From positions 1 to 56,587 of the IMG/VR virus record IMGVR_UViG_3300047198_000034: a DNA stretch of 56,587 bases. One strand, written 5' to 3'. The notes beneath the pieces were generated by a model. It was not told the DNA's origin. It saw only the letters and a list, made by a program, of their open reading frames with translations, and ran no database searches. Below are positions 1 to 9,951 of the stretch, one piece after another (positions within the stretch are counted from its first letter, which is position 1; each line of letters opens with the position of its first letter). This stretch comes from a virus. Lineage: Duplodnaviria; Caudoviricetes. The translations under genes were made by a program, and so were the position numbers.

Positions 1-413
1 TTTTTCAATCTCATTCGGTTCTCTTCCCATTCAATAGCCCGTTCCCTTTTATCTTGTTCTTCACGTTCTTTTAAATGCTGCTTGAACTCTGTCAAAATCT
101 CTTTCGCTTCCTGTTTTGAGGGAGTCCATTCTATTTTCTTTAGATCAAATTCTCTTGTGGTTTTTTCTAAATATTTCTTATTTTCCCTTTCCTTAATAAA
201 TTCAATTATGTCATTTGGTCGTGGAAAATATTTTAATTCTCTTCTTGCCCATTTAAAGGCTTCCTCAACTTTTTCTATTGAGTAAGATTCAAGTTCTTCC
301 CAAAAAACCTGGGTTCTTAAAACCTCTTCGTCTTCTTCTAAATTAACGCTCGGAAGACAAACTTTTGTTTTTGCCATTTCCAATAAGAATTTGCTCTTGT
401 CTTCGGGTTTCAT
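1..413 (-). CDS. Replication-associated protein downstream of the initiator (helicase loader/inhibitor-like); runs off the window start
   Basis: Not in the ORF track; my translation MKPEDKSKFLLEMAK...FWEELESYSIEKVEEAFKWARRELKYFPRPNDIIEFI; if circular it ends ...MRLKNC* at 56581-56583. Confidence 0.6.
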   Translation of the reverse strand, partial: MKPEDKSKFLLEMAKTKVCLPSVNLEEDEEVLRTQVFWEELESYSIEKVEEAFKWARRELKYFPRPNDIIEFIKERENKKYLEKTTREFDLKKIEWTPSKQEAKEILTEFKQHLKEREEQDKRERAIEWEENRMRLK

Positions 414-1128
414 CTTTCTCCTCTTGCATTTTTAACCATTTTTTTTCTGCTCCAAATCCTTTTATTTGGGGATGAAGTGGTTCATCTTCCCATCTTTCCT
501 GATTCAACCAAGTTGCTGGATGAGGGATAAATTGACCTCCGTCCTTTTGCCATTGCTCTGTTTGTTTAAAGAGTTCTATTTTATCAACCATCTTTTTAAG
601 AAGAGTGTCATCAGGTTTAATTTTTCTCCACATCTTAAAGGCGTATCCTTTCCCTATTTTCTTTGGATATATTTTCCAAAAAACATTAAATGATGATAAG
701 AGGGAGTCAGGATATGGGGAGTCAGGAGTCAAGGAATGGGGATATGGGGAGTCAGGGGTTTTTACACCAAATGAACCACGTGTCTTTTTGGTGTTTTTAT
801 GGTGTTCATTAGGACTTGGTATGGTACTATCCGATTCTTTTATATGAGGACTTTGATGTTTTGTAAAATTTATAATTTCAATGTATTTACAACCATTTAC
901 TTCATATCTGTTTATAAATTCGGTTTGCATCAAATCTCCTAATAAGATATCTACATCGCAATCATCATAAGGTAATACTTCGGCTTTAATTCTTTTAGGT
1001 CTATCTTCAAGTCTTCCACTTCTATCTGCAAGACACCACAATCCAGCAAATAAAATACGTGTAGTTGGTTGTATAGAACATAAAATCTCATTTTTAAAGA
1101 ATCCTGGTTTAAGATTCCTTGCTCTCAC
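343..1128 (-). CDS. Phage replication initiator (replisome organizer)
   Basis: N-terminal RARNLKPGFF...LFAGLWCLADRSGRLEDRPKRIK and C-terminal FWKIYPKK...FIPHPATWLNQERWEDE motifs typical of phage initiators. Confidence 0.85.
   Translation of the reverse strand: MRARNLKPGFFKNEILCSIQPTTRILFAGLWCLADRSGRLEDRPKRIKAEVLPYDDCDVDILLGDLMQTEFINRYEVNGCKYIEIINFTKHQSPHIKESDSTIPSPNEHHKNTKKTRGSFGVKTPDSPYPHSLTPDSPYPDSLLSSFNVFWKIYPKKIGKGYAFKMWRKIKPDDTLLKKMVDKIELFKQTEQWQKDGGQFIPHPATWLNQERWEDEPLHPQIKGFGAEKKWLKMQEEKDETRRQEQILIGNGKNKSLSSER
702..756. repeat. Candidate origin iterons inside the initiator gene
   Basis: GGATATGGGGAGTCAGG at 710-726 and 740-756; GGGAGTCAGG three times; in the linker of the initiator, as for the lambda O origin. 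Confidence 0.55.
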
Positions 1129-1141
1129 ATTTTATCTTTCA

Positions 1142-1257
1142 CCAACAAAAAAGCCTGTCAGGAGAATCTCGACTCTTCTCAGAGTTTTTGGGTGAGACCC
1201 TGAACAGGCTCTTTGTTGGCTTTATTTTTTAGATTATCGAGATTCATATTCTCACCC
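1142..1257 (-). ncRNA. Structured leader / c4- or CI-like antisense element upstream of the initiator
   Basis: Stem 1142-1162/1199-1219; internal-loop segments 1164-1172 and 1190-1197 complementary to 1237-1245 and 1250-1257; U-tract after the stem on the minus strand. Confidence 0.55.
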
Positions 1258-1264
1258 TAATTTC

Positions 1265-1294
1265 ATCATATACCAACTTCGTATAAGAAGTCAA
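1265..1294 (-). promoter_or_regulatory. Sigma70-like promoter for the leader and initiator
   Basis: TTGACT (1294-1289), 18 nt, TATGAT (1270-1265). Confidence 0.5.
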
Positions 1295-1977
1295 GCGATT
1301 TTTTCAGTCATCTTCTGAGGTTCAGGAACATCCAATGAGTCAGATTCCATCTGAATATATTGACGGTAAGCATTGTCTTCCGATAAATTCTTATCATTTT
1401 GGTCTGCAACAAGAAATTCATCCAACGTACTTAAATGTGTTGCGATTTGCCAAAATTCCTTTACGAGCCTTTTAATCTCTGTCATGATTTCATCATGCCG
1501 TTTATTAAGATATTCTACATATCTTCCGGTAATATCGACGAAGGTTAAATTTTCCGGTATCTCAAAAACTTTATATTTAGGGACTTCGACTAATTCAGTT
1601 TGTATGGCTTTAATCGGCATATTCTTAATTGGTTTTGGTTTCATTTTTCCCAATTCCCTTTTACCCCTACTCTTTATAAGAGCTCGATTCTTCAGTTCTG
1701 CCTTTTCTTCCTCCGTGAGATTCTCATTCCTGATCCGTGCGATCGTTCCCTTAGCTACGCCCGTTTTTTTGACGATCTCCCTCACGGAATGAGTTCTCAA
1801 AAGGGCCTTGACTTTTTCTTCTTTTTCTGGCTTCAGGTAATTTGGCATAGTCTCCTCATCGATGGCTTCCGGCTTTACTTCCCTTCCGCACATGTGGCAT
1901 ACATTCCTTGCTGGGTAAATGGCGTATGCTGGATGGTGTATGATTAATCCTCCGCAGTGTCGGTATGGGCATTTCAA
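1291..1977 (-). CDS. HTH DNA-binding protein with N-terminal Cys-rich segment
   Basis: CPYRHC...CHMC; HSVREIVKKTGVAKGTIARIR helix-turn-helix. Confidence 0.55.
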   Translation of the reverse strand: MKCPYRHCGGLIIHHPAYAIYPARNVCHMCGREVKPEAIDEETMPNYLKPEKEEKVKALLRTHSVREIVKKTGVAKGTIARIRNENLTEEEKAELKNRALIKSRGKRELGKMKPKPIKNMPIKAIQTELVEVPKYKVFEIPENLTFVDITGRYVEYLNKRHDEIMTEIKRLVKEFWQIATHLSTLDEFLVADQNDKNLSEDNAYRQYIQMESDSLDVPEPQKMTEKIA

Positions 1978-3977
1978 TGGTCACTCCATTTTTCAAAGCA
2001 TAGAACCTCTTCATAATCTATTCTCGGAGCCCCCTTCGACTCAGCCAGTCTTCTAAAGAACGACTTTCTCTCAACGGATATTTCCTCATCCTCTCCGGTG
2101 ATGGTGATTTGTTTTCCAAATGATTTGACCAACATCGCTTTGTGACGACAGACAAGTTTAAATCCTACACTTTCACAAAGGGTTTTCCATCTTCCTGGAA
2201 AATCAACGATGGCCCCTTTTTTACAATATGATTTCGTTACCCAGATCGCATGGCCCCCAGGCTTTAAAAGTTTATAGCATTGTTCAAGGATGATCCGGGA
2301 GGCTGACCAGAAAGTGTCGGGTGGGACATTACCTAAATTGCCTTGATCTCTTTGGGTAGGCCAATAGTTGCGCGGTTCTCCTGAATAATTAGTTAATCCC
2401 TTATACCCATTTCGAGATGATCCACCATCTTGCCGAATATCTGAATATGGTGGGCTACTCACCACGGCATCGAAGGAGCCTTCGGGCATCTTGCCAAGTT
2501 GGCCAAGGGAATCAGGATATCCTGTCCATTTATGAGTCATTTTAATAAGTGCTTTATCACTTCTACCAGGATGAGATTTACGTTGACCTTCTATAAATTT
2601 CTGTCTTTCTTCATCAGTCATCGGCTTATCGGTAGATGTTTCCGCATACGGTGGTGACGAGCATATCAAATCGAAATCCCCTTCTTTTAATGAACCGAGT
2701 TGGCCTTCGGAGGATCCATAATCTTGACTATGAAGTTCTTGAGTTCGACAAAAAGCCTCGAATGAAGCACCACCACCTTGAGATCGGTAGGTTTTATATT
2801 GCTTCTTACGATCAATGGAAGGACTATTCTTTTGGATAGACTGTTCAGCGTAGGGAGGTGATCCCACCACCAGCTCAAACTTCCCCTCTTTGAGATTGGC
2901 AAGAGAAGATTTCCAGATTTTTTTATGAATGATTTGACCTATAACGTTGTGGCTTACCCCATATTCCTTCGCTAAGATTGAATAGCTTGTATTCCCTTTT
3001 GAATATTTTTCTCTAATCTCTGTAACCTGCACTTCCGTTAATTTAGCCCTACCATGATTCTCACCCTTTGCCTGATGAAGATGTTTATTGAAAATTGGAT
3101 TTCTGCCTTTATCAGAAGAGTCCTGCCAATTATCCTGCATTGTTCCGAGGAATAAATGGTCTGGTCTAACGCACCCTGGATTGTCACAATGATGACAAAC
3201 CATTAAGCCTTCAGGAATAGGACCAAAATGGATTTCCCATGAAATACGATGGGCAGAGATTTCTTTTCCATCTATTAAAATCCTTCCATATCCTTTATTC
3301 TGTTTTTTACCTTTCCATTCCCAACAGGCATCCGCCTTTATAACTTTTGCCCAAAATCTATTTTCAAGATCAGAAAGTAAAAAGTGTTCAAAATTACCCT
3401 CCTTCAAATTTGCTAAGTTGCCAGGGGTGTGACCATAGCCGTCCTGCATGGCATCAAGGTTTCTATCGTCCTTCCGGCCACCCTTCCTTGTTGGTGTACC
3501 TCCGTGACCCAATCCTTCATGATATGGTGGACTCGATACCACCAAATCCGCTTGGTTTAGAGTCCCACGCAGCCCCGACTTTGCAATATCAGAGGGTCCC
3601 AAGTTACGGGCATTCCACATCACCTCCCTTAAATTTCTCGAATCCCCCTGCACAATCCTTGCCGTTCCAAGGTTAGGCCAACCCTTGAGTTGACGGTTCC
3701 AGAGGTCGATGTTCTGCTGGCCAAGGGAGACAAACTTTTCCTCAAGTTCAACAGCCAAAAAGTTTAGGCCGTGGCACATGGCATGAAAACCAAAGCCACA
3801 GATTCCGCCAAAGGGATCAAGGACATAATCCCCCCGCTTTACCCATCCCATGTTAATCGCATGGTCGTAAATCTTGCCGGCAAGGGAGAAGGATACCTTG
3901 GCCGGATGACTGAAAGCCTCTGGTACAAGATTCTTACCCCATGGAATTGAATAACAATTTTCCCAAATATCGGTCAT
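1974..3977 (-). CDS. Amino (N4-C/N6-A) DNA methyltransferase with four SPPY modules and an in-frame HNH endonuclease domain
   Basis: SAM-binding VLDPFGGICGFG; SPPY x4; HNH CWEWKG...AHRISW...VCHHCDNPGCVRPDHLFLGT..DN. Confidence 0.85.
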   Translation of the reverse strand: MTDIWENCYSIPWGKNLVPEAFSHPAKVSFSLAGKIYDHAINMGWVKRGDYVLDPFGGICGFGFHAMCHGLNFLAVELEEKFVSLGQQNIDLWNRQLKGWPNLGTARIVQGDSRNLREVMWNARNLGPSDIAKSGLRGTLNQADLVVSSPPYHEGLGHGGTPTRKGGRKDDRNLDAMQDGYGHTPGNLANLKEGNFEHFLLSDLENRFWAKVIKADACWEWKGKKQNKGYGRILIDGKEISAHRISWEIHFGPIPEGLMVCHHCDNPGCVRPDHLFLGTMQDNWQDSSDKGRNPIFNKHLHQAKGENHGRAKLTEVQVTEIREKYSKGNTSYSILAKEYGVSHNVIGQIIHKKIWKSSLANLKEGKFELVVGSPPYAEQSIQKNSPSIDRKKQYKTYRSQGGGASFEAFCRTQELHSQDYGSSEGQLGSLKEGDFDLICSSPPYAETSTDKPMTDEERQKFIEGQRKSHPGRSDKALIKMTHKWTGYPDSLGQLGKMPEGSFDAVVSSPPYSDIRQDGGSSRNGYKGLTNYSGEPRNYWPTQRDQGNLGNVPPDTFWSASRIILEQCYKLLKPGGHAIWVTKSYCKKGAIVDFPGRWKTLCESVGFKLVCRHKAMLVKSFGKQITITGEDEEISVERKSFFRRLAESKGAPRIDYEEVLCFEKWSDH

Positions 3978-4246
3978 ACTTTCTTAACCTCAAAAATATA
4001 ATGTCCTCCCCTTCGGGATTGCACCCAACACAAATTCCAAAACATAAAGTTCTTTTCCATTGCTTGGATAATATCCTCATTTCCCGGCCTACCACCCGTA
4101 GAAAGCCAGTATTTCTTCCCTGTTTTTCTCCAATAACCACAATTGGCATATTCCCACCTGTAATGAATAAATTCCATCAGGATAGGATAATCATTTGGCC
4201 ATACCTCTATTTTTTTAAGTTCATCCTCGGTTGGATATCGATTCAT
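3974..4246 (-). CDS. Hypothetical phage protein
   Basis: ORF with RBS, coupled to the MTase start. Confidence 0.6.
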   Translation of the reverse strand: MNRYPTEDELKKIEVWPNDYPILMEFIHYRWEYANCGYWRKTGKKYWLSTGGRPGNEDIIQAMEKNFMFWNLCWVQSRRGGHYIFEVKKV

Positions 4247-4578
4247 ACCTCATCCGCCTTATTTTCATTAATCAAGGTGCAGGGGGAAGTCTTCGATAGA
4301 TTTAAAAACCTTTCGTCCTTTGAGGTAAATATGACTTTTGGCTTCCACTTTGCAGTTTTATGGAGATGATATCCTTTGGCAAAGTGACGGATTAAAAAGC
4401 GGATAACAGTTTTCATTGGGACTCCTTTAAATCTTGGGTTTTAGACCAGTATGTTTTATAATTTCTAAGTGCATACGTGGCTTTAATAGAACCAGAATGG
4501 AATAGAATGTTTTTTTATCGATTAATACCGTATTGCCAATTTCCTCAAATCTGATTATCCTCATTGGGGCTCCTTTAT

Positions 4579-4923
4579 TTATTGATATTCTGGTATCTTC
4601 AACTTCCGGTAAATATGTCTCATGATGGGATTCAGAGCTACTGATCCGCCAAAATCCTTGTCTTTAAATCTCTTTTTTAGTAATTTAAGAAGTTCCTGAC
4701 ATTCGCCTTTGCCCTCGTTTTCGGATTGGACAAGGTAAATAGTTGCCCAATCATCTCCTTCTGCGACATAGACCGTAACCCCTTTCCATTGAAATTCTAA
4801 AAGAGGCATATCTAAGGCAATTACCTTTCGCTCAATTAGCTTTTTCATTGGGGCTCTCCTAACCGGATCATAATTTCCTACCCATTCGATGAGTTCTTTT
4901 ATGGTTCCCTTAATTACTTTCAT
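4579..4923 (-). CDS. Hypothetical protein, possible minimal GNAT fold
   Basis: IYLVQSENEGKGECQELL resembles an acetyl-CoA binding motif A; weak. Confidence 0.35.
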   Translation of the reverse strand: MKVIKGTIKELIEWVGNYDPVRRAPMKKLIERKVIALDMPLLEFQWKGVTVYVAEGDDWATIYLVQSENEGKGECQELLKLLKKRFKDKDFGGSVALNPIMRHIYRKLKIPEYQ

Positions 4924-5014
4924 TGCACTACTTTTTTGTGGTGGCCAACGGGCAGGTCATCATCAACCTCTCACATGGTCATTCCATGGCGTTCTCCACC
5001 ATTGGCCGTCATCT

Positions 5015-5200
5015 TTACTTTTCATTTGCATCCCTTAGCTTATTAAGGATACAAATATCTAATAATGTCCTTGTAACTTCTGGATTAGTTTTTTCGGTAT
5101 TTACAATGATTTTACCCTTCTCTTTTAATTCCCGCTCAATTAATAATCTTAGATTTTCCTTTTCTTTTGGGTCTATCATCTTCTCTTCCTTGACAACCAA
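5015..5200 (-). CDS. Small hypothetical protein between repeat elements
   Basis: ORF track; likely start MIDPKEKE. Confidence 0.5.
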   Translation of the reverse strand: MVVKEEKMIDPKEKENLRLLIERELKEKGKIIVNTEKTNPEVTRTLLDICILNKLRDANEK

Positions 5201-5287
5201 TGGGCAGTTTGATCTTGAGTCCTGCTTAACAACACATTCCCTTCTGTGTTCCAGCCTGCATCACTTGTTAAGCCACCATTGGCCATC

Positions 5288-5434
5288 TTATTTTAATTTT
5301 CCATCTATAATTTCTAAGAGCACTTCTTGAACTGATTCTCGATATACCATCATTATTTCATTCTTACCCCAACCAGTTTTCTTACTTATTTTTTCCTCAA
5401 AAATTCTTTCTAATCGCTCAAGAATATCTCCCAT
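5288..5434 (-). CDS. Small hypothetical protein (48 aa) between repeat elements
   Basis: My translation MGDILERLERIFEEKISKKTGWGKNEIMM...; strong RBS AAGGAGG. Confidence 0.55.
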   Translation of the reverse strand: MGDILERLERIFEEKISKKTGWGKNEIMMVYRESVQEVLLEIIDGKLK

Positions 5435-5565
5435 CTCCCCCTCCTTATGACGGCCAATGGGCTGTTGCGGATCGGAGTTTTATATCACCACCGGCAGACA
5501 TTCTCAGTGGCCTACTGAGTTATGTGCTTTTCAGCCACCATTGGCCGTCATAATTTCTTATCATT

Positions 5566-5811
5566 TCAACATAGAATAACGAAATGTTTACGATCATTGT
5601 ATCTGTCGCATATTCCTGGTAAATTTTCTTTCGTCTGAAACATATGTCCCTCTTTTACTTCTCGGACAACAACACTCCATCCACCTTCCGTTCCGCTGGG
5701 ATTTTGAGTATTACAAACCTTTAATATTTCATCATCATCAGCATCCGGAATAGCACACACTTGCATTCCACATATTCCCACCATTGGCCTTGTAATAATT
5801 ACTCTTTCCAT
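5566..5811 (-). CDS. Hypothetical phage protein
   Basis: ORF in the early operon with RBS. Confidence 0.55.
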   Translation of the reverse strand: MERVIITRPMVGICGMQVCAIPDADDDEILKVCNTQNPSGTEGGWSVVVREVKEGHMFQTKENLPGICDRYNDRKHFVILC

Positions 5812-6072
5812 TTTTTCTTCCTCATAACTTCTCCCCAGACTTATTCACAAGACTATAAAGTTCTTCATCACCTGTCATTCTTGTCGTATGTCAACGAGAA
5901 TGGAATTTCTTAATTTCTTCCTCCAACTCCTTGATATGAAGAAGAAGATGCTTAACGGTTTTACGAAACCATTCTATAGATCCTGCGCTTCTATACAATC
6001 TTTCAATCTCTTCTACGGTCTGATTCACTTTCCTCTCTTGAGTTGACAACTAATGGATGGGATTCCCATGGG

Positions 6073-6786
6073 TTAAATCTGTGTTTTCTTCGAAATCGCA
6101 CGAACACCTGGAATATTCAATTTCTGTGTATATCTCTGGGCCTTCCCATTTAAATAGGTCACATATTGTCCTGCCCATTTTTTTAAATTAATTACCCCCG
6201 ATGCTGCTTCTAACGAAACCTTACCATTAGCCATACCTTGTATAAGAGCTGCAAAGTCAAATATTTCTGCGTTCCAAGTTTCCCTAATATAACTCCCTTT
6301 AGATTTGGGGATCTCTGACATTACCTTTATCGGTGGGACATAGACAGGAGTTCTTATAATTTCTTCTGCTCCCTGATTATCTCCTGCCGCTTCTGCCTCG
6401 ATAGCTTCTTTTAATGCCTCTTCCTCTGCTCTCTTATGGGCTTCCTCATGGAGTCGCCTTTCCTTTTCTTTACGCTTAGCCTCCTGTATTTCAGTCCAGT
6501 TCACCATGATCTTATCGAGATAGTTTTTGGCTTTCTCCAATTTCTCAAGGGGAGTAGCAAAGAAAGCCATTATCTTTGACTTGGATTCATCGAGGGGCCT
6601 TGTTTGTGCCATGCGGGTATCAGTCAATTCCTTGATCCGATTCTTGACCGTCTTCATGAATCCCTGGGCCATCACATAATCATCTATTGTGGAGATTACC
6701 AGGGTGTTGGCTTGATCAAGAACAGTTAGGGCTTTCTGAGTATTTTCCTGAACTTCTGGGGTTATGATTTCAGATTGAACTTCCAT
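6073..6786 (-). CDS. Coiled-coil phage protein of the recombination module
   Basis: Long EK-rich helix; C-terminal IPGV motif; near the exonuclease. Confidence 0.55.
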   Translation of the reverse strand: MEVQSEIITPEVQENTQKALTVLDQANTLVISTIDDYVMAQGFMKTVKNRIKELTDTRMAQTRPLDESKSKIMAFFATPLEKLEKAKNYLDKIMVNWTEIQEAKRKEKERRLHEEAHKRAEEEALKEAIEAEAAGDNQGAEEIIRTPVYVPPIKVMSEIPKSKGSYIRETWNAEIFDFAALIQGMANGKVSLEAASGVINLKKWAGQYVTYLNGKAQRYTQKLNIPGVRAISKKTQI

Positions 6787-7402
6787 TTATTTTAATTCTC
6801 CTTTCAAATTAATAGCTATAATACACTACTGTAGAGAATTTCGGAAAACATACAACGATTTGTTTTGTAGAAAGCGGAATTCTTATAATCCAATAATTTT
6901 CATCAAATGGTGGAGTCATCAAAAAGATGCCTCCATTAGATGATTTAAAAGTATCTTTTGTCTTAATAAAATCTTCATTGATTTCAATTTGAGCTTCCAT
7001 ATTTTTCCCAATGTTTTGAAGTTGACCATTTTGGGTTAATCTCTCTTATGATTGTAGAAGCCAATTTTAAAATATTCCGAGCCTCTTCTAACAAACCCTC
7101 TAACCAAGCAGATGGGTAAGGATTACCATTCTTGTCTATGCAATCACATAATCCAAACCGGTCCCCACGGGCACGAGCAACAGCATCAGCATTTAATAAT
7201 ATTTCTGCATATTCTTTTTCTTTACACATTTTTTACCTTTCCATCCAATTTTTTACTTATTCTAATATGTTCTTCGATTCCAATTTCTTTATATTTTTCT
7301 TCCATCCTTTTTACATAATAACCCCCAACTCCACCCATAAAAAAGGGATCTCCTGCTGGCATAAACCTCCATTTCCTTAAAAGTTCTTCATAACTTGCGT
7401 TA

Positions 7403-7993
7403 TCAATCCAGTCTTTCATTTCTTGAATTTCCATATTTCCCTCTTTTCCACCTTAAAAAATAAAGCATCGAAGCGTAAACCCCAAATGCTTCTCTAAGCT
7501 CAGATGGTGAATAAATCTCTAATTTTGGTAGACCTCCATCGGGATCTAAATAGATATCCATCGGGGTTTTTATCAGTTCCAATCCGTTATGAATTTTAAT
7601 GGTGACTACCTGAAAAGCAATCTGGAGAATGTGCCACGGTTCAGGACTTCCAGATTTCAAATCGAGAGGACCTGGAAGTCTGTCGATGGTTGTCCCCACT
7701 ATCAATTCGGGATGATAAATGGAATATTCAATTTTGATAGGTGTATAATTTTGGTCTTTCCTGAATCGCTTCCAACTTTCTAAATATCCTTGAATCTGAG
7801 GATCAACCGTAGACTCGTCAAGGGTTGCTTTATCCCAAAATTCGGTCGCCCGATGAATAGCCGTTCCCCTTTGGAGATACCATTCATTTGCGTTTCGGAT
7901 TAATCCGGCTTCTTCAATGGTATCGGTTAACCCGTCAATCCGCTTCCCATCCAAGAGGTAGCGATGGTCATTGGTTAAAATTAGTTCGCTCAT
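7403..7993 (-). CDS. PD-(D/E)XK exonuclease (RecB/Cas4-like)
   Basis: RGTAIH...IEY...GTTIDRL...DLKSG....HILQIAF motifs. Confidence 0.7.
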   Translation of the reverse strand: MSELILTNDHRYLLDGKRIDGLTDTIEEAGLIRNANEWYLQRGTAIHRATEFWDKATLDESTVDPQIQGYLESWKRFRKDQNYTPIKIEYSIYHPELIVGTTIDRLPGPLDLKSGSPEPWHILQIAFQVVTIKIHNGLELIKTPMDIYLDPDGGLPKLEIYSPSELREAFGVYASMLYFLRWKRGKYGNSRNERLD

Positions 7994-8922
7994 TGTGCAT
8001 TCTCATCTTCTGGGGGTCCCTGAGTCTTTAAGGAAACAATCTCAAGACCATATTGAGTTTGTTTAAATTCCATTGTGACCTGTAACCCACCCTGAATAGC
8101 CGCTTTCACTTCCTCAAAGATTTTCTTGTCGAAAGTCGAATAGGTTTTTTCTCCCGCGACAATCTGATAAAGGGTGTATAGTTTACCATCCTTCTTTTTC
8201 CCCTCTTTTTGTGTGATTTTATCGATTCCTGTTACAATCGTCTCAGTGTTCTTTGTCTTCCCATTTTCAGACGAAGTTTCTTTTTGCTTTGGCATCTTAA
8301 TTGGAGGTTTTCCATTAATACCCAATTCCATGCCTTCCGGCAAATCCTCAAGATCCTGATCGAAAATATCGGAAGCTGCGATTACCGTAAGAGTCATGTC
8401 AATAAGGGCTCTTTTCTTTGCCATTTTGAGGATAGTATTGGCAACATCAATCGGATTCATCCGAACTTGTTTTTGTTGATATGCTTTTATTTCTCCCTTT
8501 TTCCACACAACTCTTTTGCGATCTGTCGGCATTTCCTCAAACTCCTCATCGCAAACTGGTTTGCGCCATTTGTATTTTTCTTCATTAGATGAACATTCCC
8601 CGAGACCGACACCAAGAAGATTATCGGTTGCCTGGGAAAACCCTTTGATCAAAACCCGATATCGAATTTCGTCTTCATTAGATAAATCGGCGATTTCATT
8701 TCTTGGATCCACGCCGATATGAAAAGTCGATAATAATTTTTCGGCTCCAGGTTTATAAAGCGTTGGCTTGGGAGTTCCGGGGATCTTGCCGTAATGATGA
8801 CCTTCTTGCATAACGGCATTCATTACTTCTTGGATAAGTCGAACCTGGGCTAAAATTTCACTTGCAGTCAATGGTTTTTTTTCTTTTCTTACCATCAAAT
8901 CATACGTTTCTTCATTCTCCAT
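7990..8922 (-). CDS. Putative recombination / single-strand annealing protein
   Basis: KPTLYKPGAEKL...NTILKMAKKRALID phage family; coupled to the exonuclease. Confidence 0.5.
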   Translation of the reverse strand: MENEETYDLMVRKEKKPLTASEILAQVRLIQEVMNAVMQEGHHYGKIPGTPKPTLYKPGAEKLLSTFHIGVDPRNEIADLSNEDEIRYRVLIKGFSQATDNLLGVGLGECSSNEEKYKWRKPVCDEEFEEMPTDRKRVVWKKGEIKAYQQKQVRMNPIDVANTILKMAKKRALIDMTLTVIAASDIFDQDLEDLPEGMELGINGKPPIKMPKQKETSSENGKTKNTETIVTGIDKITQKEGKKKDGKLYTLYQIVAGEKTYSTFDKKIFEEVKAAIQGGLQVTMEFKQTQYGLEIVSLKTQGPPEDENAQ

Positions 8923-9951
8923 CTTTTCCTCCTTTCATAGATATCCATTTTTTATAATTTGGTCTATGTCATAATTTTTTGGAAGTTCAGCTAAATCTTT
9001 AATGACATCATTCATAGCCTCTCTTAATGTAGTCCCACAAGTCCCGACATATTGGATTCCATCTTTCCACCAAGCATATAAAAATAGACCTACTAAAACT
9101 CCTTTAATAAATTCAGGATTCCTTTTCCCATACATATCATACAGAAATCCCATTTTCCCCTCCTTTCATTTCATCATCCAATAAAAGAAAAGATAAATTA
9201 GTACCCAAAGTGGTATGCTGATAACGAGTGAGTTTCTTAAACCTCTGAAGAAGTCCATTCTTAAATTCCTTTAGCGGGCAGGCAACATTCAAAGGACTAA
9301 CCACTCGTGGATATCGTATCTGCTAACCCTCTTGTTATGCCCTTATGAGGCATTGCCCGCATTTAATCCACCCTTGACCAGTGGGTCTTTAGATGTTCTG
9401 GTAATTGCATCAAAACTAATCTTTCACTCTCATCATGAAGGAATTTAAAATGTATCCATGAATGTCCTTGGCAAATGATTTGTTTGGGTACATCATAGGG
9501 GCCCCAGACAGTTAAACCCCCCATAGGTGAATAGGAGGTAAAGGGTTTTTCGGCCACAATCTGAAAAACATCATTGACCATTTTCTGACATATTGGACAA
9601 ATTGTTGATTCTAAAACATCAAAATCCATTTCTTCATCCATTTTCAATCTCCATATCTTGAATGAGAACAAAAAGGGCAGTCGTAAGGTTCAAAAGGCCC
9701 GAGTTCTCTGAAATACTTTCCGCAATAACCACAACGTACCCACGGAAAGGGCTCAGCCTCTTTTTTTGGGATACAATCATCACAGTTAGAACAATCGCTT
9801 ATCGGCCTTAAACAAAGAGGCTTTCCCAAATTCTCCATTGACCGTAGAGAATCCATGACCGTCTTAGCAAACCTTTCTAAATTTTCTGGTGTTCTTTTAA
9901 ATGTCATTTCTTCCCCTCCCTTAACCTCAATTCCTGCAATCTTAAAAGTGA

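Larger units (their letters stand above)
4941..5552. repeat. Three dispersed inverted-repeat elements separating small ORFs
   Basis: Elements at 4941-5012, 5191-5287 and 5446-5552, each with left arm (G/A)CCAA(C/T)GGGC(A/T)G and right arm CCACCATTGGCC. Confidence 0.75.

Noticed and set aside
2904-3386. Intein in the methyltransferase
   Set aside because: No splice-junction residues or Hint-domain blocks
4941-5552. tRNA genes
   Set aside because: The ends pair like an acceptor stem, but there is no T-loop GTTC consensus or consistent cloverleaf
9275-9360. Isolated GC-rich hairpins (also 12430-12487 and 38444-38489)
   Set aside because: Single copies with no shared motif; likely ordinary terminators or stability stems
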